This document shows positions 47,688 through 56,600 of a stretch of DNA of 64,000 nucleotides, in pieces (positions within the stretch are counted from its first letter, which is position 1; each line of letters starts with the position of its first letter). The notes under the pieces are model-generated. The model was not told where the DNA came from and did no database searches. It saw nothing but the letters and a program-made list of their open reading frames with translations. The stretch comes from Podarcis muralis (lineage: Eukaryota). The stretch covers positions 90,210,001 through 90,274,000 of the forward strand of contig NC_135657.1 in the NCBI RefSeq assembly GCF_964188315.1, read 5' to 3'. The position numbers and the translations under genes were made by a program.

Positions 47688-50600
47688 GCTGGCAAAATTG
47701 GTGTATAATGTTTAGCTGCGTAGACAGGAGAGATTCTTTTTTCAATTTTCCTTTAAAATTAGACAGTTGGAAGTCTTGGTTTATTGTGAGAATCATTGCC
47801 ATTTGAATTTAAGAGGTAATCCGTCTGGAAAATAATGGCCTTCCCCAGCATTATAAATGCACATAGCCAAAGCCTTGCAATTTCCTGTTTTTGTTTGTAA
47901 TGCATTAGACTACAATATTGCTGTGCTATAGTCAACATATTAGTATCACCAAAGTCAGGAAATTCAAATAAACGACTCCCTTAACAGCTGTAACTTTGCT
48001 GAAGAGCATATTATGGCTGCAGTAAAAAAAGAAAAAAAGGAAGGAACGCTACTTTAAAGCAGAAATCCATGCACGTGGTCGTTTGTCTTCAGTGAAACTT
48101 TATCAGATTTTCCTCTTAGGCGGAAGCATTTCATGTTTTGTCCAATAGCGGCTGGTGCCCATTGGGTGGAAGGCAGGATATTGAACAGATGACAGGCGGG
48201 GCCAGCTAATTCTGGAATTGTCCCCACCCTCCTCCTGCTGGGTTCTACAAGGGATATCCAAGGCCATGCCAAGGTTGTAAGTAGGGCAGCTGGGGTTGGC
48301 GGAACCAAAGCAGCTTGGTGGGGCATTGCCCTAGTTTGCCAAATGGAACAGCCTCCACTGCCTTCATCTCAGTCCTGATAGTGATTCCTTTGTTAAATCT
48401 GCATGAAATCCAGTGGAGATGGATATCGCAAGCCACTCTTTCACATTTTCATATCTCTTTATCTTTACAGTGACTTGGTTCTGTTAAGTCCAGTTAGAGG
48501 CTACAATCTCATTTCTGGGATCCAGCGTTTTTGCACTAGCCATGCTTTAGCTTAGGGTTACGGGTAAATGTGGCCAGTATAGAAATTTACACGTCTATGC
48601 AAATGAAATGAAATTCTAATTCCTGTGACCAGAATCCCATTCTGTTCAGCTGAGTGTGTTTGTTACTCCCCCACTCTGTTGGTGTTCTAAGTGTTCAGTG
48701 CTTCAGCCCTATAATTAAAAGATGTCTTTCTTCTTAAATGCCATATTTGACTGTATATTAGCTTTTGTATATCTCTTTCCCTGAAAGCGGAAAGGGCCTG
48801 CCTTGAAAGTTTTGCATAGCGGGGCTTTTTGGAAAGTAGCTGCCAAAGCTGACAGCTGCAAGTCTTTGCTTTATTTAAAAAATGAAAGGAAATAGGTAAT
48901 TTTTATTTTTAGTTGAGTTAAATAATGCATTAACCTTAGAGCAGGCTGGAAAAAGGCCTGAAACCAAATGTTATGGAATGGTCCAGGTACTTGCACACAC
49001 CTGATATTTCTCTTGAAAATGACCTAGGCATTTTGGAAGACAGGTGCTGAATTTTCATGCCACACTAAACCATTGTTTAGCATGCTTTTAGCATCATGTG
49101 GACGCGCTGCAGCAAGCTTTAGGCTCACACTCTTCTTCCCATGTGGCTGGGGAGAGTTCAGACTTCTTTCTTTTTGTTAACCATCTCATCCAGATCTAGG
49201 AACTGTGGTTAAGGCTATATCCAGCAAGCCAGCTTCAGAAACCACAGTTTGAAAGGGGCTTGCTGGAAATTAACCACAACATAGAATTCTTCTGCTTAGT
49301 TTTACATATTTGTCCAAGTAAACAGAAATTCTAAAGCTTTGTGGCTAGAATCCTATCCTGTTCAATTGATTGTGGCTTGTCCTCCCCCCACAACCACCCC
49401 AGATTGCTATTGATTTGTGTCACGGGTGGGTAGGAATACGCTGAGCTTCCTGTTAACCAAGACAAACTGCTGTGGTTTTGTCAGAAGGGTTACTTAATAT
49501 TAGAAACTCCTGCGCTACCATGGGATTCCAACAGTACTGACAACATTGGACATGGCTCTGTTTAGTTCAGGGATGGGGTAAGCTATGGTTTGTTTAACAG
49601 GCTTATGCACATTCCACAGGTGATGAAACAAACCATGGCTTGTCTCTCCAAAGCTGGGTTTGTTTTCCAGCTCTTGTTTCATGCTTTTGGACAGGCATTC
49701 CCAACCTTTTGCCCTCCAGATGTTTTGGGCTACAATTCTCATCATCCCTGACCAAAACAGCTGGAGGGCCAAGTTTGGCCATGCCTGCTGTAGAGGGAGA
49801 AATGGGTATGCTCGGCCATGACGGTTCAGTTTACCCCGGCATTTATTTTGCAGAGCACCATAAGTTAATTTTCATATCAGTACTGCAATGCAAAGAGCAA
49901 AAGTAGGGAGAGGGGGAACTTTGTCGTAAGCGTTTCAGGGTGTCCCCACCCCCACCCCAGCTTTTCAAAATCTGCAGCTCGACTTGTGTACTAATACTGG
50001 AAAACCTCTTTTATGTATGTGGACAATTGCTGTTATCTTCGTGTCACACACAGAGGTGGAAGCATTTTGTCTTTTTGACACAACCTAAAGTGAATTGGCA
50101 TGTTTTTCTCCGAACGCTCAAGGTTGTTTGGATCCAAGCCATTACCTCTGCAAGATATTGTTGTTTTGAATTAAAATTGTGAGCCATAAGCTACCATCCT
50201 CAGTAATTTACTTATTTAAATTATTTGTTTGTTTACTAAAATATCCTCAGAGAGGCAGGGTGCATTTTGATTTGCTGTTTGAATAAGAACAGATCTATTG
50301 GAGTTGGGTTTCTTTGATTCCCAACTGGGTAGTTTACAAAGCCACTTGCCAGGTTACACAAAGGAAAAAATGTGTGTGGAAGGAATTGTCCATTCCATAT
50401 CTGTTGCGAGGTGTATGGAAAACGTGTGTGCATGTCATTTCATGCATAGGTACAGAACACCGAATTTGAAAATTGTGGTGCCTGGTTTTGTTTTGTTTTT
50501 TTAAAAAAGAAAGATCTCTGTATAAACTGGTAATCATAGTAGACACTGCTTTGTCTGGTGTGTTCAGGGCTCAAAAATGATTGCACATACCCCAGTGCTA

Positions 50601-53600
50601 CCATTTCATCTTGGAAGTCTGCACACTAGGGTGAAAATATTTTCAGTTCCTGGGAGCCAGCTTTATAAACATTTGATACCCAATTCCTGCGAGTTTAGTA
50701 GCGCAGCAGTGCCATTTTTCTTTGACTTGCAAAGCACCTAATGGAAACAATAAATAAATAGTCATGATGAAGGATGTTTTGCTGTTTGACAGACTTTTTC
50801 TGGCTTTCAAGTGCCTGAGGTGCATTTAATCTACACTTTGATATGCTCCCTAGCTGGCACTTTGGAATATTGTGCTTAATTTTAGGCAGCATAATTTTCT
50901 TTTTTCTAGCAGAGCACTGATATGAATCCTTGGTGATTTGAAGCTTCAAACCCCTCAAGGACAGACGATAAAATAATCTATTTACAAGGAGAAATGTTAT
51001 AAATGGCTCATTTTTAAAGAACTTGGGTTACTGGTGTTGAGACGGGAGCCAGGCCTTCGATGGCTTATAAATGTGATATGCTGCTACGTTATGGGTGCAG
51101 TTTGGCTTGGTGGTTCCTTGCCTTCATTAAAAGATAAGCTAACTCTTTAACAGCTTCATTCTAAAGACTACAGAAAGGGCAACTAGCTAGGAACTTAAAA
51201 GGGATAATGCACATTGTTCAAGTGGGCTCAGAAATGAGTTAGACTTTCTAGTTTCCTTGAAACATTCAGAAGGTTGAGATTATAATTGCGAAGGCTAAGG
51301 ACTTGCTCAACTTTCAATTAGGCATTGCAACCTCAGGAAAATGTACAAGCCAACTATTTCTTTTGGCTACATCAATTAAACAATTTTATTTGTTTTTGCT
51401 CAGTTCTTTTATTTCTTTTTGGTAAAAATAAACCTTTAGTTATGACCTTCAGTGCCAGCTACACATCAGCAGGGGAACCCTGTCTAGCCCAGCAGGGGCT
51501 TTTGGTGAGATTTCCTGGGTTACAGCAGCTGCTTTGTCTCCCATGCTTTCCTGTATGGAAAATGCAACATTTTTAAAGCCATTGGCTTGCAAGGCAATTT
51601 GGGAGACTTTGCCCCTTCCCTCCCCCATCCTTTCCCCTTTAGGGAAGATCAGCGTTTGAAATTCGCCAGGTGCGTTTTCTTCCTGACTATTGGCCGCTTG
51701 AGACCAAGTGAAGATGTCCGGGTGCCAGGATAGTGCCTGACATTTCCACCGCCTGTAGGAGCATGCCTGGGGATCCTTGGATTTTGACTGTTTTCACACA
51801 CCAGCAACACATCCTGTAGAATTCTACCCATTATATTTTATCTGCACAATCAGAATGAATTTCAGGAACCAAAAAGTCATATTGAAAAAGGCGACTTTCG
51901 AAAGAAGAGTGGCGGATGAAATTAATGGATCGTGCAGAATTAGATAAATTAACAGGAAGGATTTGAAACCTGTGGGACCAGAGATTCTTAGAAGACTGGA
52001 GTAAATATTTGAACTGTTTGAAAAACAATTGTAATGAACAGATTATGCTAGTAGGACTGCAAGAAGTTCTGTAAGGAGGACTATTTGAAATATGGCAAGA
52101 AAGACTACGAAGGGACTTATTAGTTAATGATAATTAAGAGTAATAGAGAAACTAAGAAATGCAGAATAAGTAATAAAGAACGGAAAATCATCAGAGATTG
52201 TTGACGGAAGTCTAAAATACTGTATAAGATAAGTTATGTTAAATGATTGTTGGAAATGATATGTAAAAAACACCAATAAAAATGTATAAAAAAGAAAAAT
52301 AGAAAAAGTCAACTTTCAAGTTGTCTGGCCCCAAAATGGCAATGTGGCATTCCGTTTTGGTGACAGCAACCCTGGTTTAAGGAGCCACTTGGCACCTAAC
52401 TTATATATCTGAGTTTCTAACACTGGCTGGAAGATATGGGCTGCTGGTGAGCAGCTGCTGTCTCCAGGCCTACAGTACCTATGGAGCACTTTGCCATTGC
52501 CATTATCAAGGGTCCCTCAGTCCCTGGGGCAGAGGGGGCTGCAGTGGGGAAAAGGATATGGGAACCTACCCTACCCCAGTCTCTTTCCCTCCATGAACTG
52601 TTGAAGGAAAATTAGAATGCAAGTCGATACCTGTTATTTTGCTGTCCCACTTCATTCATTCAGCCATTGATTTCTCATCCTCTTCTATCATAAAACACTC
52701 AAGCTGACTTGACGGCAAAACCATAAAGATACAGTTCCTGTTGCCTTGAGAGACAATGGAGTGCGCCTCCGGGAGTGGAGTTAAACTGTGGCGTTAGGAA
52801 CACCTGGGGTGCAAGCCTGGGCAGTGTGTATGGAGGTCCTGGGCTGCCCAGTCGACAAGACCCCTTTCTCAGCCTCGCTGATGTGGTCTGAAGGAAAGCA
52901 GAGCAATTTGTTTGGCACCAGCTTGGCTGCAGGGGTTGCTGGAAGGCGCCATCCAACCGCCTTAGGGACTCCACTCTGGATTTGTTTCGGGTTTACTCTT
53001 TTACGCCTTTTTCTTCTCCCGAAGATGTCCCGCAAGGCAGTGGAGGTTTAGGACCCATCTCCTAGATGGGCTACCTTCCAAGGTGGATGAGCCCCATCAA
53101 TAAACAAGCAGTAAATAAGCAGTAACCGATGAGAAGAACAAAGCACCGATCAATTATTCTAAAGAGTGATGTTATAATAACACTTAAAACGTAGCAGCAG
53201 TCTGAATTTTCAACTTAAGAAAAAATGCACGAGAAGAAGAAGAAGAGTTTGGATTTGATATCCCGCTTTATCACTACCCTAAGGAGTCTCAAAGCGGCTA
53301 ACAATTTCCTTTCCCTTCCTCCCCCACAACAAACACTCTGTGAGGTGAGTGGGGCTGAGAGACTTCAGAGAAGTGTGACTAGCCCAAGGTCACCCAGCAG
53401 CTGCATGTGGAGGAGCAGGGAAGCAAACCCGGTTCACCAGATTATGAGTCCACCACTCTTAACCACTATACCACACTGGCTCCCAAGAAGCAACCAAGGC
53501 CTTCCTGTCAAAAGGCCTGCTGTGTGGCACTGTTGCTGTTGAAACAGCGACACAATCTAGTCATTGGACATCAAGAAGAGCTCATATTCCTAAAACACAG

Positions 53601-56600
53601 TGGATCTTAGCCTACAGTGGATGCTGGCCAGTAGTGCCATATGCTTGAGTGTGTCTCCCATTGACGCCCCTTTGCAATCTCTACTGTGGTAGCTGTGACG
53701 TGTCTCGATGTCTAGTTTCTAGTAGGTTTGCTTTGCTTGACTCTTCCTACAATGAGGCACCTTTCATTTTTAGGATAGCAACGTGCAAGAGAGAAATAAT
53801 TTTGCTTTTGTTTGTTTTTCCTTTTCGCGGTGGGGGTGTGTGGGAGTGGTGCAGCATCCAGCCACAAGGTGACAATATTGAGTTCTCTACAATGATTTTT
53901 CTGTATTGAAACAGCGTGCATCCTTGCATATTGGCACGCCTTTGTGTCGGCATGCATGGATTTGTTAGACTTCCCACAATATTAGAAGAAAGGAACTTTG
54001 CCAGCAAGTATCCATTGACATTTTAAAACTGTAATGATACATGCTTGGGACTAGATTGATTTCTCTTATGCCTACTGTGAAGGTTCACACTGAGAAAGCA
54101 GCCTTAGGTCTGCTCATTTGTTTGTATATTAAGAGTGAAAGAAGATGTGCCAACTTAAATTTCTAAAAGCCAAAGTGGATTTGTTCAGCTTGAGCAGTTC
54201 TATAATAGTCTTCGACAAGCACTTAACACTATTCTTTTAGCTGGCTGATATTAAAAGTACTGCCTGCTGCTATCTCTTGTAGTCAGGCAGTGCTGTCCAA
54301 AAATAAGTGCAAAACAACAAATTTGTAGAAGGGATTAAAACTCTTCCTACGACTGCACGACTAGGATTAACTGGGCGGACGGTATTACATATTTATGTTG
54401 GAATTCATCAGTTGCAGAAACGAGTTCAGTTGGCAACATGAAGTTTATGTACTGCTCTGAAATAGCTGTGCCATTCAACCAAAATTCACCGAGGCATCAT
54501 TAGATCATACACGACCTAGAGATTTGTCTCGGAGTTCTCCAAATGGGAGAATAGCTGTTCTTTTTAATTGTTCTGTTTTCAAGTACTGTCAGCAGTGTGT
54601 AGCAGCTTTGGCGAAAGAGCGGCTGAAAAGCCCAACAATAAATAATTGAGAACAGACTACAGCTCTGCAGGCATCTTGTGCATAATAAGCACAGAAGGAT
54701 TCCAAAGCCCCAAGAATAAACAGTATAAATCAAGGGTATAAAAAGCTGAGCAGATTTAGATCCCTTTTGATTTGAATGGGTCTAGTCGCAGCTAACTGTG
54801 TACCGTGCTGCAGAGGGAGTTGAGACACATTTTAAATGCAAGGTATATTCGTTGGATTAAAATGTGGAGCAAGCATTCTGGACTGCTGTTGGGATAGCGG
54901 CAAAGATCAGATCTCCCTGGAAGCTGCACTTGCTGGCTTGAAAGTTCCTCTTGTCAATTAAGTATGGTAACTAGAGATATTTAACAGATGGATAAAGGGG
55001 AAATATGCAGAAAATTTTATCTTGAATATGGAACTCATGGAGGGAGGGAAGTAGGTCTGAAGGTTCAATAGAACCTTTTAATGTTTGAAATGGTTAAAGT
55101 TAAAATTTATAAAATATTGTAAAACCAATAGAAAAAGTTAATTTTTAAAAAGTTCCCCTTGTCAGAGCCAAACTACATGTGTCTTTGTATTTAGCATGCG
55201 ATTGTTGTTGTTTTTTAAAATACAAATTGCATTAGCTGGATTGTGGTGGTAATTGATGGCACGAGAGCAAAGTGGGTGGGGGAATTTCCAATGGAGGATT
55301 TCCTTCCAAACCAAATAAAATACTGAGGATTTTTCATCAGGACTGCAATAAGGGGAGTAACGTGTTAAATCCTTCTGCACGCCTCCCCTGATTACATTAC
55401 CTCCTCACACCCACCCCATTGCAACTTCCCATATGTAGGCCCCATAGTTTGTAGGTAACAATGCCACTGCTCCAGAAACGAGTCCTGGATTGCAAACATG
55501 TTTTAGAGTCTGCCCTGATGTCCGACAAGCTCTGCTTAAGTTGTAGGATATATCATGGCTTCCGTGTGGCACAATTTTTTCTTTCTGGAATATGTGGCGG
55601 AATCAATAGTATAGCAGAATGGTTGGGCTAATGAGAAACAGAATGGCCATTGCTCAAACGGAGACTTGCTAAAATGGTGGAGCTTTGTTTTCTGTTTCCC
55701 TTTCATTACGTTTTGTCTTTTTCATTACGTTTTGTCTCTTAACAAGTTGTTTTTATGGCTTTTGAGAGTCCTGGAAATGCCACGGCAATGATGCTTTTAA
55801 AACCATAACGGATTGGTCTGGTAATAACTCTTTTTGTTGTTAATCTTTATCTTTGTTGGCAAGCACCCATTCTGTTTGTAGATGTTTTTTATTACCACAG
55901 GAAATATTTCACCCTAGATGCCTATAGCAAGAGAGCCACATCTGACTTAATTGAGAAAATCAATACAGCAGGGATATCTTGGCTCAGGAGAATAATTTGC
56001 TCAGAAGTTGGTACAAAATCCTATTACTTCAAAGAATCCACAGATGTCATTTTCTCTCTCGCTATTAATTTAAAAGATTTGCAGTAGTGAGGTTGAGACC
56101 CTGCTGTGGAAGCAAGAGAAAGCCATCTATTTCTAAGTGAAGAGGTTGTATACATGTAAGAAACATGTGATGCAACACATGTCAAATTAGCTCTGGTACG
56201 GCCATGCAATTTGCTGTTCACTTGTGGCAAAGACCAAGGATGGGCAACTGACAGCGGTCTCTGTGTCCTCACAAACCTGCCGTCTTTCTATTCTTTCAAT
56301 TGGAACTATTTCTTAGTGCCCCTGCTGGCCTTTTTAAAGATGGGTTTGGTGGCGTAAATTGCCTGTGCTTGAGCTTCAAGCTGAGATAACCATATACAGT
56401 GCCATCTTTGTGTGTGCTGTATTTTAATACTAAGGCTAAGGCTAAGGCTAAGGCTAATAATAATAATAATAATTATATCCCTTCAATCTGGCTGGGTTTC
56501 TCCAGCCACTCTGGGCAGCTTACAGCATATTTAAAAACGCAACAAAGCATCATACATTAAAAAACCATAATATCCTATACAATAGGATAACAACAACAAC

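Noticed and set aside
50764-50818. C/D box snoRNA (ATGATGA...CTGA)
   Set aside because: Only 55 nt, with no convincing terminal stem, C'/D' boxes or recognisable rRNA guide.
52740-53100. HDV-like ribozyme in the RTE-like 5' region
   Set aside because: RTE elements can carry these, but I could not build the nested double pseudoknot from this decayed copy.
56431-56454. Telomere-like repeat (TAAGGC)4
   Set aside because: It is neither TTAGGG nor TTAGGC, has only four units, and sits at an L2-type (AAT)n tail.
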